DNA from: an uncultured Planctomycetaceae bacterium
GTDB taxonomy: Bacteria; Planctomycetota; Planctomycetia; Pirellulales; PALSA-1355
Reading direction: 5' to 3'
DNA length: 64,000 nucleotides
Assembly (NCBI GenBank): GCA_963785305.1
Contig: CAWAUV010000007.1
Location: 736,001 to 800,000, forward strand
Below the pieces are notes generated by a model that saw nothing but the letters and a program-made list of their open reading frames with translations, searched no databases and was not told the origin of the DNA. A program made the position numbers and the translations under genes. Positions 22,727-33,146 of this stretch are shown here, piece after piece (within the stretch, counting starts at the first letter, position 1; each line of letters begins with the position of its first letter).

Positions 22727-23108
22727 TCATGGGCCAAACCGCGCCAGCATCGGCATCAATAGCCAATCGGCTTCGAGCGGTTTCGAGAGATAGATATCCG
22801 GCCCATTCGCGCGAGCCAGCATCTCGGCTCGCGCGTCGTATTCGTCGCTCACGAGCGCTATCAGCGCCGGGAAATCGCCACCGCAACATCGCCATCAGGT
22901 CGGCGCCCGACATGTCGGGCAAGCGCAGGTTGACCACCCACGAATCGGGCGGCGATGCATCATTGTGCGAGAGCGCTTGGCGCCCGCTCGAGAACATCGC
23001 CAGTCGCAAGCCCGCATCGGTTGCTTGGGCTTCGAGATGGGCATAGTCCTCGATGCGCGCATCGACGACATGCGCCAAGCAACATTCTTTCGCCGCGACG
23101 ATCATCAT
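22727..23108 (-). CDS. Atypical receiver-domain protein (Asp to Asn), copy 2; frameshift near 22862
   Basis: HVVDARIEDY, PPDSWVVNLRLPDMSGADLM; continues as IALVSDEYDARAEMLARANGPDIYLSKPLEADWLL to TGA at 22727. Confidence 0.75.
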
Positions 23109-23326
23109 GTGCGAATCCTCCCCTGGCGTCGGAAGACGCGGCGCCTTCGAAGGCAGTTCTCCACGCGCCGTTCCTCTGCTTCTCCTGGCCGCATCACCTG
23201 GGCGGGGCCAACATAGCGGCTCAAAATTCATGTGCGATGAGCGGCGCGCTAATGCCCGACGAATTTTCCGCGAGCGAATTTTGAGCGAAAGCGTGGCAAA
23301 TCGTCGCGGCTGGCCGAATCGTCGCC

Positions 23327-23388
23327 GCTTGGCGAAAACTTCACCACGGCTTGGCGAAAACTTCGCCGCGAGGGCGAAAACGTTCGCC
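23327..23388. promoter_or_regulatory. Operator-like triple direct repeat in divergent intergenic region
   Basis: GCTTGGCGAAAACTTC at 23327 and 23349 (22-bp period); GGCGAAAACGTTC at 23373. Confidence 0.5.
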
Positions 23389-23604
23389 GGGTCTTGATGA
23401 AGCTTCATCGCGCGTTGGTCAACATTTCGCCGCGCTTGCGCGCTTGCGTCCTCGCCGCATGGCGAAGAAGCGCATCAGTTGCTCTTTGATTGGCGACCAA
23501 CCCCCGGGAGATCGCGATCGTTGGGCTCTTGTACTCGCGCCTTGGGAATGTCATTCTGACATTGCCGCTTGTTTGATTTCTTTTCTTTGCCCGAGGGGTT
23601 TGTC

Positions 23605-24763
23605 ATGTCTTCGAAACATTATCGCGCCATCGCGCTTGCGCTTTCGTTGATTGGTTCGCTCATTGCCTCGAAGCCATTGTTTGCTCAAAGCGCGCCCGCC
23701 GCGGCGGAGCGGCCGAGTGCCGGCGCGAAGCCAACCGCCCGGGAGATCGACGCCGCCATCGCCAAGGGAATCGACTATTTGGTGACCAAAGGTCAATCGT
23801 CCGACGGCGCTTATAGTTCCCGCGCCGGCGGCGCGATCACGGCCCTGGCCGTGGCGGCGATCTTACAAAACGGCCGCGGCGCCGACGACCCGCGGCTCTC
23901 GAAGAGCCTCAAGTTGATCGAGGGCTATGTGCATCCCGATGGCGGCATTTATAGCGAGAAGTCGCGCATTCCGAACTACGAGACTTGTGTCGCGCTCGTG
24001 GCCCTGGCCGCCGCGAACAAAGACGGCCGCTACGACAAGATCATCGCCAGCGCCGAAAAATACGCCAAGGGCCTCCAGTGGGATCAGACCGAGGGCGTCG
24101 ACAAGTCGGACGTGAACTACGGCGGCGTGGGCTACGGCAAGGAATCGGCGCCCTGATCTCTCGAACACCGCGTTTCTGCTCGAAGCGCTCGAATCGGCGG
24201 GCGACAAGGGTTCCGACGAAGCGGTGCAAAAGGCGATTATCTTCGTCTCGCGCTGCCAGAATCTGGAGTCGGAGCACAACACGACCAAGTTCGCCGCCAA
24301 AGACCCCGACGGCGGATTCTTCTACACGCCCGCCGCCGGCGGCTCGAGCCCCGCGGGCAAGAACGACGAAGGCGCCTTGCGAAGCTACGGTTCGATGACC
24401 TACGCCGGGCTCAAGAGCCTGCTGTTCGCCGGAGTGACGAAAGACGACCCGCGCGTCATGGCGGCGCTCGAGTGGTTGGCGAAGCATTACACGCTGAGCG
24501 AGAATCCGGGCATGGGCCAAAACGGGGTGTACTATTACTATCATCTGATGGCCAAATCACTGTCCGCGCTTGGCGAGAAGGAATTCAAGGATTCGAGCGG
24601 CAATCGGCACGATTGGCGCGAGGAACTGGCGACCGAACTGCTCAAGCGCCAGCGGCCCGACGGCTCTTGGGTCAATGAGAGCCGGCAATGGATGGAAGGC
24701 GACCCGAACCTTTGCACATCGTTTGCACTGTTGGCGCTGGGGTATTGTCGCGACGGAAAATGA
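23605..24763 (+). CDS. Secreted prenyltransferase/squalene-oxidase repeat protein; frameshift near 24150
   Basis: [23 protein letters not shown]..(R)[39 protein letters not shown]. Confidence 0.88.
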
Positions 24764-24902
24764 TATGCCAGCAAGAAATTCGCGGGGCGCCGCGCTATGC
24801 CCCATGCCCGCGATTGTCGTGGTCATGAGCGATGGAGGGCACGCCGCCGCGAGCTGGGGCATGTCGACCGCGGATGTGTCGATGCGACGATCCGACAATG
24901 CG

Positions 24903-24936
24903 CCCCCTCTCCCTCTGGGAGAGGGTAGGGTGAGGG
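24903..24936. repeat. REP-like palindrome
   Basis: CCCCCTCTCCCTCTGGGAGAGGGTAGGGTGAGGG: a CCCTCTCCC/GGGAGAGGG hairpin with a GGGTGAGGG tail. Confidence 0.8.
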
Positions 24937-25147
24937 CTCGCCGAAGTTTGCGGATAGCCTCCGAAATCGCTTGGCAAGGAGACAGAGACGATCGCGCCGT
25001 GCGCATCGTGGTCGCCGCCGTTCTCAAACCCACGGACGCGTGCGGCGCTCAAACAGGCGCGGCGAACCAGCCAGCGACCGACTCGCAATGGGTGAGTGCC
25101 TGGAAATGGCCCCTATCACAAGCACAAGCGCCGTTTGGCCACTTCGG

Positions 25148-25624
25148 ATGATCTTTGTCCGGCGTCCTCGCCAGACGGTGTGGCGAGCGGCCGTTGTTGC
25201 CTTGCTTCTTTTTTTGCTTACCCATGCGATCTTGAGTAGCTGGCGCGAGGACAAGTATATCGACTCGCAGTCCGGTAGAATTCGCACGAAATTCGAGTTA
25301 ATGAGCTGCGTAATTTCCGATAAAGTAAACGATACTTCGTTTTCACGGATCGTGCATCGGATCGACGACGGTTCGCCTCGGCCCGACTGGAAGCGATATT
25401 TGTCGCGGTCATATTACGAGCGTATTTCGCCGCATTACGTGTGGCACTCGGTCCCGAATAGCCTCGAACTATTAACGGCCGAAGCCGAACCGGGAAGAGT
25501 TGAATCCTATTGCCGATATGCTATCTCGCTTCTTAGATCAAATCAGCCCGAGAAGGTAGTGTCGTTCGTCGACTCGGTTCTTTCTCAACCCGGTCCCGGC
25601 GGCCCGACGAAGCGGGGCAAATGA
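25148..25624 (+). CDS. Hypothetical membrane-anchored protein
   Basis: ORF with TM AAVVALLLFLLTHAIL; visibly more AT-rich than neighbours. Confidence 0.6.
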   Translation: MIFVRRPRQTVWRAAVVALLLFLLTHAILSSWREDKYIDSQSGRIRTKFELMSCVISDKVNDTSFSRIVHRIDDGSPRPDWKRYLSRSYYERISPHYVWHSVPNSLELLTAEAEPGRVESYCRYAISLLRSNQPEKVVSFVDSVLSQPGPGGPTKRGK

Positions 25625-25719
25625 TTTCGAGCCAACCGAGATGCTCGAGCCGAACGCCGCGCGAAAACCGGTTCCCGGGAGACGGGCCGTGCGCCGCGGA
25701 ATTGCGATTCAGTGTGTTG

Positions 25720-26125
25720 TTATTTCCGCAACCGCTGGCGGAGGGCGCCGACGGATTCAAGCCAATTTCTGATCTCGTTGCTCTCAGCCCACAGATCCAT
25801 CAGTTCGGAATTGTCGCCAAGGATGCGATCGACGATGGCGTTGGCACGAGCTAGTAACGCGGGGGAGGGCGTTAGGGGATGAGCGGCCACCCAGTCGTCG
25901 ACGTCCTCCGTATACGAGTTCTTGTATCCCGGATCGCCGTTTAAACGCGCCAGCACTTCGCGCAGCCAACGCGTTCGAGGCATCTGGAGCCTTAAGGTAG
26001 TTCTCGGCCCCGGAAACAGTATCGAAAGCGGATTCGACGAGTGAAAGGTCGTTGGCGTCCACTAAGCCATAAGCTCAGTCGTTTGCGTCATCGTTATCGA
26101 ATGCCAGAACGCCCCATGCACCCAT
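25720..26125 (-). CDS. DUF4259 domain protein; two frameshifts
   Basis: MGAWGVLAFDNDDAND N-terminus and SELMDLWAE...L..RL C-terminus, spread across three ORF fragments. Confidence 0.8.
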
Positions 26126-26192
26126 TGCGGCTCCTTTTGCGAACATCTTGTGCGATCGCAACATGAATGCAATTTCAGCGCAATAAAAATCA

Positions 26193-26215
26193 GCGGAGAG
26201 GGGGGGGTTCGTCCC
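26193..26215 (-). other. Degenerate tRNA-Ser-like 3' end; candidate att site
   Basis: Reverse complement GGGACGAACCCCCCCCTCTCCGC resembles the tRNA-Ser T-arm and acceptor end GGGTTCGAATCCCCCCCTCTCCGC. It lies about 190 bp before the recombinase, with no full tRNA present. Confidence 0.55.
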
Positions 26216-26402
26216 ATGCCTTTCCCCAAGTCGCGTCGCGGCAAGGCTTTGCGGCTCTAATCTGAATGGCCGTAATTGTTTGCGATTGCTCATCTATGAT
26301 TGTTCGTGATCCTGGCTTCTCACCTATTATCATTGAATTTGGCCCACTGGTCCAAACGGACCGCGAACGTCGCCGACGCCTCCAACTCATGGAGGTGTTC
26401 TC

Positions 26403-28364
26403 ATGGATCGTCGATCGAAGGAAGTAGTCGTTCCCAAAAACGGGCATATGTTGAAGGTGCTGGTGATCTGCCGGATTTCGGGTTGCGCACGGCAAAAAGA
26501 GGCCAGCATCGAGGATCAAGAGGATAACGCCCGGCAATCCGTGGCCGAGATTTTCGACGGGCCGACGCACTTCGAGATTATCGCGACGAAAGCCAAAGGA
26601 GAGGCGCTCGACCGCCCCGAGCTGGAACGGATCGCGACGGCTTACCGGTCCGGCGAATATGACTTGGTAATGATCGATGATCTCAGTCGTCTTATTCGCG
26701 GAGGCGAGGCGGCACGGCTTCTGGGCCTGGGCGTCGACCGCGGTACTCGGACCGTTTGCTTGCAGGATGGCGTCGATACCCTCGAGGCAACCTGGGAGCA
26801 GGATGCGCTGAATGCATGCAGCGAGAATGTCGGCCACAACGAGCGAACATCGCTGCGGATCAAGCAGAAGTCGATGAACCGCTTCAAGAAGTTTGGCCAA
26901 GCCGCCGCTCGCCCGCCGGTCGGCTACATCGTGCCGGAAGGCGCTAAAGGTTACGCTGATTGGCGCAAGGATGTGTCGAAAGCAGACACCCTAGAGGAAG
27001 GAAAAAGGCGGCTCTTGGCTACGAAAAACGCGTCGGCCGTTGCTGACTGGTTCAATTCAATCGGATTTCCGGTCGGCCGCTACTGTCGCCGGAAGACATG
27101 GACCGGGGCCATGGTTCGTCGCGTTTATCGGAATCCGATCCTCAAGGGCAAGCCATGGCGAGGCCGTACGCGGACGGTGAAACATCATGGCAGGGGACGG
27201 CGCATTTCCCGACTCAATCCGAAGGGCCCGATCTTCTACGACGCCCCACACTTGGCCTTTTTTGACGAGGGGGGGTTCGACGAGCTCAACGCGGGGCTCG
27301 ACGAGAAGTACTCGAACCGCGGTCGGCGTCGCGTGAATGGGTGTGATCCCCTGCTCGATGTGTCGCGTAAGCGGTCTCGGTTCCCAGGCAGGTGCGCTCG
27401 CTGTTGGCACTGCGGCCGCGAGTACGTTTGGGGCGCAAACGGCGTCACCGACCACCTGATGTGCAGTGGCGCGCGCGAATGGCGTTGTTGGAACTCGATC
27501 GGCTTCGACGGGCCCTTGGTCGCGACGAAGCTGACGGATCTCATCGGCAAAGCTTTGCTCGACCTTCAGGGACTGAGCGAACAGTTTGCCGAACTGGTGG
27601 ACCGTGCCCAGTGCGCGGGCAGGGAAGGATTGCCGGCCCAGTGGACCGAATGGCGCCGCCGCAAGGCCGAACATGACCGGGCGACGCTCAATTTGCGACA
27701 AGCCTTGCGCGAGCTTGGTCCCTTGCCGTTCGTGAAAGAGCAAATCGAGCAACTTGAGAAGGAAACACATCACCTTGATTCGGAGAAATACCAGCTTGAA
27801 CGCCTTGAGCGGAAACGGCTGGAACTGCCGGCGTCGGTCGGAGCGTTGAACGACCTGATGCGCGAGGAGTTCGGCCGCTTGGCGATCGAATCCTACGATT
27901 TCGCCGACTTCATGCGGCCGCTGATTTCGAGCTTTCATGTCTACCCCGTGCGGCTGGTGGATGGTGGAGGCCTGTTCTCGCGAGCGAAGGTGACGCTCAA
28001 CCTGGCGGGAAACTACCCGGATATCAACCTCATTCCAGAGTTGCATGGCCTAGTCATGAAGGAGGTTACGATCGACTTGTGGGATGTGCCCCCGCAGCGA
28101 GAGCAGATTCGTGTCGAGGCGGTGAAGTTAGCTGCATCGGGGGACTTGACCCGCAAGCGGATTGGCCAGCGCACCATGCCGAAGGTCAGCGGCACGGTCG
28201 TCGGCAACGCCCTGGCTTTGCACAAAAAGATGACCGACATGGGATTGATCACGCCTTGGCAAGTTGTCCACGAGCCGCCGATCGACATGCTGAAGTTCAG
28301 GCGGCATAAGAACCGCAAGTATCGGTTCGAGCCGGTTGAGGGTTATGAGCGGCCGGCGATTTAG
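26403..28364 (+). CDS. Large serine recombinase (integrase)
   Basis: CRIS catalytic motif, SIEDQ, DRPEL, DDLSRLIR, PPVGY, RNPILKG, zinc ribbon CWHCG...CSG...C, coiled coil. Confidence 0.92.
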   Translation: MDRRSKEVVVPKNGHMLKVLVICRISGCARQKEASIEDQEDNARQSVAEIFDGPTHFEIIATKAKGEALDRPELERIATAYRSGEYDLVMIDDLSRLIRGGEAARLLGLGVDRGTRTVCLQDGVDTLEATWEQDALNACSENVGHNERTSLRIKQKSMNRFKKFGQAAARPPVGYIVPEGAKGYADWRKDVSKADTLEEGKRRLLATKNASAVADWFNSIGFPVGRYCRRKTWTGAMVRRVYRNPILKGKPWRGRTRTVKHHGRGRRISRLNPKGPIFYDAPHLAFFDEGGFDELNAGLDEKYSNRGRRRVNGCDPLLDVSRKRSRFPGRCARCWHCGREYVWGANGVTDHLMCSGAREWRCWNSIGFDGPLVATKLTDLIGKALLDLQGLSEQFAELVDRAQCAGREGLPAQWTEWRRRKAEHDRATLNLRQALRELGPLPFVKEQIEQLEKETHHLDSEKYQLERLERKRLELPASVGALNDLMREEFGRLAIESYDFADFMRPLISSFHVYPVRLVDGGGLFSRAKVTLNLAGNYPDINLIPELHGLVMKEVTIDLWDVPPQREQIRVEAVKLAASGDLTRKRIGQRTMPKVSGTVVGNALALHKKMTDMGLITPWQVVHEPPIDMLKFRRHKNRKYRFEPVEGYERPAI

Positions 28365-28396
28365 CGTCTGCCTTTACCTGCAATCTCGTCCAAATA

Positions 28397-28426
28397 GACC
28401 CTGGCGCTGCGCCGGGGTTTTTTTTC
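28397..28426 (+). terminator. Rho-independent terminator
   Basis: ACCCTGGCGC-T-GCGCCGGGGT hairpin followed by a T-run directly after the recombinase. Confidence 0.7.
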
Positions 28427-28440
28427 ACAAGGAGGCTCCA

Positions 28441-28611
28441 ATGCCCCAGCAGCGCGACAAGTCAGCACATCCTCCCATTCCCGAGCCGGTCGTTCCCGGG
28501 TCTAGTCTCCACCGGCTCCTGCAATTCGTGGCCCAGGCGGTCGCGAAGCGGCTAGCTGGCGTTACTGGCGTGAAAATCGAAGAAGACGAGGAACCGCAAT
28601 GCCCCTCCTGA
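28441..28611 (+). CDS. Small hypothetical protein next to the recombinase
   Basis: AAGGAGG RBS, then ATG at 28441; amphipathic helix LHRLLQFVAQAVAKRL. Confidence 0.65.
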   Translation: MPQQRDKSAHPPIPEPVVPGSSLHRLLQFVAQAVAKRLAGVTGVKIEEDEEPQCPS

Positions 28612-29109
28612 TCGCCTTCCGCGGTCGCCCTGCCAAACGCCGGCGGCGTTTGGCTATCGGTCTCAAGCCGAGATTCTACGCCCCAAGCGTGAAGAGCGTG
28701 GCGACCAGTTGGTGGTCAGCGACGCGCAGTGGCGGCGCGATAGCCATGTCACTCGTTTCGCTTCCAGCGAGCGGCCTGATATCCGGACATTGGCTCGGCA
28801 ATCTTCTGGCTTCTGAAGACGCGATTCGGTAGAGCGCGATCGAAGTCTCCGCCTCCGGAAAGAATCGCCTGTCCGTCAAATCGTCACCTCGGCGCCGTGG
28901 CGCGATGGGAACGTTCCTTTCGCTGAATTTTGGCCTAAAACGTGTCACAATAAGTAGCGAGGAGTCGAGCTATCGGCTTCTCTTTTGCCTCGCGGCGCGG
29001 GGCCCTCATCGGCGATATTGCGCGGGGCTGTTTTCGTTTCAACGTTCGATATCGATTCAGCGCCAATCTCGGCGCTGATTTTACAAGCACGATCCCCAGG
29101 AGACCCGTC

Positions 29110-29473
29110 ATGAGTCATGTCGTTTCGATCACCACGAAGCTCCGCGATCCGGTCGCGATCGCCGCCGCCTGCCGACGTCTGGGACTCGCCGCGCCCGAGC
29201 AGGGGATTTTCAAACTGTTCGCGGGCCAGGAAGCCCACGGCTGGGCGGTGCGGTTGCCGGGCTGGCGATATCCGGCCGTGATCGACGCCACCAGCGGCGC
29301 GGCGCTACGACAATTACGGCGGCCATTGGGGCGACCTCCGCCAATTCGACCGGTTTCTGCAAGCCTACGCCGTCGAAAAAACCAAGCTCGAAGCGCGTGG
29401 GCAAGGACACTCCGTCAGCGAACGCTTATTGGCCGACGGCAGCGTGCGGCTGAACATCCAGACGGCCGGCTGA
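29110..29473 (+). CDS. DUF1257 (Ycf35-like) protein; frameshift near 29300
   Basis: MSHVVSITTKLRD...; second frame YDNYGGHWG..FLQAYAVEKTKLEAR..GHSVSE..LADGSVRL to TGA at 29473. Confidence 0.85.
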
Positions 29474-29577
29474 GCGCCGCTCGATCGCCAAGCTCTTTTC
29501 ATGTCTCGCCAGCGAAACAGCCACTTAAAAAATCACGCGGCTCGAACACAGCGTCCAGCAACGGGAGAACGATTGCC

Positions 29578-29778
29578 ATGCCTCCGATCCTCGAAATCAC
29601 CGTCTCGCCCCAGGGAGAAACCACGATCCGGACCCAGGGCTACGAAGGCGCGAGTTGCCAGGAAGCGTCCAAATTCCTGGAACGCGCCCTCGGCGTGGTC
29701 ACGACCGACGCGCGCACATCCGAATACTTCGCGACAGCGCCGTCCCAACAACAACAGCAGCAACAATCAAGCAGCTAA
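29578..29778 (+). CDS. DUF2997 protein
   Basis: LEITVSPQGETTIRTQGYEGASCQEASKFLERALG. Confidence 0.85.
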   Translation: MPPILEITVSPQGETTIRTQGYEGASCQEASKFLERALGVVTTDARTSEYFATAPSQQQQQQQSSS

Positions 29779-29918
29779 TCGCTCCGGCGAACAACTCCTT
29801 CTCACAAGAGCCTCGGCGCTATTTGCGCGCGCGAGGCTCATTTCGTTTCCAGCCGGAACCAGCTCGAACCGGGCCGAACCATTCACAACAAATCCCCTCT
29901 CCACAAGGATCCATCTTC

Positions 29919-31399
29919 ATGCGACTCGCCGCGCAATTAAGCGACTACATCCACGCCGCCTTCACCGGACTCTGGATTCAGACCCAAGAACCCGACGAAG
30001 CCGAGCGCGAAATCCTGGAGCAGGGCCGCTCCCAAGGCTGGAACATCGCCGTTTGGGACATGGCCCGGGGCCTGACTGTTTTGGGCCCCGGCGCTGCTCC
30101 GCCGCGAGAACCCTCGGGCGGCGATCCGTTGGCGGCGCTGCGGGCGCTGCCGAGCCTCGCGCAGCCCGGCGGAACGTCGCTCCTGCTGCTCCACAATTTT
30201 CATCGGTTTCTCAATAATCCCGAGATCGTGCAGACCACGTTCATGGAACTGATCGCCGGCAAGCAGCGGCGCACGTTTATCATCGTGCTCGCGCCGACCG
30301 TGCAGGTTCCGCTCGAACTCGAAAAACTGTTCGTGGTCCTGGAGCACGCGCTGCCGGATCGCGACCAACTGGAATCGATCGCCCGGGAACTGGCCTCCGA
30401 AAATCCCGCCGACTTGCCGGCGGGTCGCGATCTCGAGCGCGTGCTGGACGCGGCGGCCGGGCTGACGCGTTACGAGGCCGAAGGCGCGTTCGCGCTCTCG
30501 ATCACGCGGCACAACATCATCCGGCCCGAGACGATTTGGGAGCTCAAGAGCCAAGCCCTGAAAAAGAGCGGCCTGCTCACGCTGCACGAAGGCAATGAAC
30601 GCTTCAGCGATCTGGGCGGCCTCCAGAACCTGAAAGACTTCTGTCGGCGGGCGCTCGTCGGCGACAAGCCGGTGAAGCCGCGCGGCGTGTTGCTCTTGGG
30701 GCGCCCGGCGCCGGCAAGAGCGCGTTCGCCAAGGCGCTCGGCAACGAAGCGGGCCGCCCGACGCTCACGCTCGATGTCGGCGCGCTCTACGGTTCGCTGG
30801 TTGGCGCGACCGAACAGAACGTGCGTCAGGCGCTGCGGATCGTCGACGCGATGAGCCCGGCGATTCTCTTTGTCGACGAACTCGAAAAAGCGCTCGCGGG
30901 CGTCGGCGGCCAGGGCGATAGCGGCGTCTCGACGCGGCTCTTCGGCACGCTCCTGTCCTGGATGGCGGATCACGAGAGCGATGTGTTCGTCGTGGCCACG
31001 GCCAACGACATCAGCCGGTTGCCGCCGGAACTGACCCGCGCCGAGCGACTGGATGGAATCTTTTTCTTGGACCTGCCGGGGCGCGAAGAGCGGCAAGCGA
31101 TCTGGGAAATGTATCTCGCCCGCTTTGGCTTACCCGTCCAGCAGCCGCGGCCCGCGGACGAAGGTTGGACGGGGGCCGAGGTGCGTTCCTGCTGCCGTTT
31201 AGCGGCGCTCTTGGGCGTGTCGCTCGTCGAGGCGGCTCGGAACGTGGTCCCGGTCTCCCGGACCGCCAGCGAGGCCGTGGAGCGGCTCCGGGACTGGGCC
31301 ACCGGCCGCTGCTTGGCCGCCGACCGGCCCGGCATCTTCAGCCGACCGGCCAACCCCAAGAGCGCCCGCTCCGTGCGCCGCGATCCGTCCAACAACTGA
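29919..31399 (+). CDS. AAA+ ATPase, Ycf46-like; frameshift in Walker A near 30700
   Basis: LHNFHRFL, PLELEK, DLGGLQNLK, GVLLLG.PGAGKS, LFVDELEK, ATAND..LPPELTRAERLD, WTGAEV. Confidence 0.9.
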
Positions 31400-31486
31400 C
31401 GGAACCACGGAACGACTGGGGCACGAAACTCGGCGCAAACGCGCCGATCAACAACTTCGTCCGTTTCAAAAACGCGAAAAGGAACC

Positions 31487-31711
31487 ATGCCATTGATCCC
31501 TGAAACCATCATCGTGGCCGCGCTGGCGGTCGCGCTGTTGTTCATTCTGCTGGCGCTGATTCGCGAGGCCCGGTTGCGATGGGCCTTGCAGCGGCTGCTG
31601 GCCAAACTTCTCGCCCGCTGGAGAACCTCGCATGCGCAAAACCAAGAATCCGTTGTATCCCATCATGCTGATCGCCATCGCGATGATGGCGGCGCCGCTA
31701 ACCGGCTGTAG
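31487..31711 (+). CDS. Small membrane protein
   Basis: AGGA RBS; TM IIVAALAVALLFILLALI. Confidence 0.6.
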   Translation: MPLIPETIIVAALAVALLFILLALIREARLRWALQRLLAKLLARWRTSHAQNQESVVSHHADRHRDDGGAANRL

Positions 31712-32204
31712 CGACGATGAAAGACTCGTCTCGCTTTCACAAGAAAGCGCGAATCGGCAGGCCGAGCAGAATCGACAAATCGTCCGGCAGAGCGAGCAAG
31801 TGGCCGAAGCGACGCACGATCTGGTGCGCCAAGACGCCGCCGCCCGCACGGAACTGATCGCCGCCCAAAAGACTCTCGAAACGTCGCTGCAGAGCGAACG
31901 AGCCAGCCTCGACCGGCAGCGAGTGGCGCTGGCCGAGGAACGGCGCGACTTGGCCGCCGCGCGAGATCGAGCGCCGATCATCGCCGCCGCCATCACGGCG
32001 GCCGCCTGGCTCCTGCCCTTGGCGCTGCTGTTCGCGCTTTGCCTCTATCTGGCGCGCAATCTCGGCGCGAGCGAGCCATCTGAATCGCTCGAAGAATTCC
32101 TGGTCGCCGAGCTGCTCGCCGAGAAGCCGATGCTCTCGTCTCGGCCGCGGATTGGAATCGACCGGCCGGCGCTCGATTCGCCCGAGATACCTGGCGCCGA
32201 GTGA
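31632..32204 (+). CDS. Putative lipoprotein with coiled coil and C-terminal TM
   Basis: Lipobox LTGC, Q/E/R-rich helix, TM AWLLPLALLFALCLYL. Confidence 0.75.
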   Translation: MRKTKNPLYPIMLIAIAMMAAPLTGCSDDERLVSLSQESANRQAEQNRQIVRQSEQVAEATHDLVRQDAAARTELIAAQKTLETSLQSERASLDRQRVALAEERRDLAAARDRAPIIAAAITAAAWLLPLALLFALCLYLARNLGASEPSESLEEFLVAELLAEKPMLSSRPRIGIDRPALDSPEIPGAE

Positions 32205-32345
32205 AACGGCTCGCGGAGGTTTGCGCCGTGAGACTGACGCGTTTCGCGCCCTTAACTTGATCTGTTGCTTCGCGCGTTGCGGAGCGGTTGTTTTTCCAAA
32301 CGACCGCCCCGCGCCGGGGCGGTCTCTTTTACGGGAGATCGTTCC

Positions 32346-32993
32346 ATGATCGCGTTTATTCATCCCCGGCCGGTTCAAGGTAAGCCCGCCGCCAGCGCCT
32401 CCCCGGCCACTCATGCCGCGTTCCTTGCCATGCTGCCGCGGATCAAGCTCCAGGCGCGGGTCGCTTTCCGAAATCGGACGATTGAAGCCCGCGAGGAGTT
32501 GACGCAGGAAGTCATCGCGAACGCCTATAGCGCGTTTGCGCGGTTGGTGGAACGCGGCAAGGTCGACTCGGCTTTCGCCACGCCGCTGGCTCATTATGCG
32601 ATCCGGCACGTGCGCGACGGTCGCCGCGTGGGCAACAAGCTCAACCGACGCGATTTGATGTCGCCCGCGAATCGGCGGGTGCGTATCGAGCGACTCGATC
32701 GTTACGACTCGGCGTCGTCGGCGTGGAAGGAAGCCATCGTCGCGGACCGTCGCGCCACGCCGGCCGACACGGCCGCCGCCCGGCTCGATCTGGCCGAGTG
32801 GTTCCGGTCGCTGCCGACTCGCGATCGCCGCATCGCGAAGGCGCTGGCCGCCGGCGAAACCACGGCGGAAGCGGCCCGACGTTTCGGCGTCTCGCCCGCG
32901 AGAATTTCGCAGTTGCGACACGAACTGCGCCGCTCCTGGCGGACGCTGCAAGGCGAGCTGGCGCCATCCGGCCAAGCCCGCCGGGCCGGATGA
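32346..32993 (+). CDS. Sigma-70/ECF-like DNA-binding protein
   Basis: REELTQEVIANAY (region 2-like) and C-terminal HTH GETTAEAARRFGVSPARISQLR. Confidence 0.7.
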   Translation: MIAFIHPRPVQGKPAASASPATHAAFLAMLPRIKLQARVAFRNRTIEAREELTQEVIANAYSAFARLVERGKVDSAFATPLAHYAIRHVRDGRRVGNKLNRRDLMSPANRRVRIERLDRYDSASSAWKEAIVADRRATPADTAAARLDLAEWFRSLPTRDRRIAKALAAGETTAEAARRFGVSPARISQLRHELRRSWRTLQGELAPSGQARRAG

Positions 32994-33146
32994 TTTTTAT
33001 TGTTGTTCCAGAAAATGCCCACGGCGATTGAGATCAGGCGAAGCCCGGTCGCTCAATGACGTCGCCGCCCGCGTCATCACTCCTCGGCGGATGTTAGGCG
33101 CCCGACACTGGGATCGCCCCGTTTGCATTTACCGTTCCCTTGCCGA

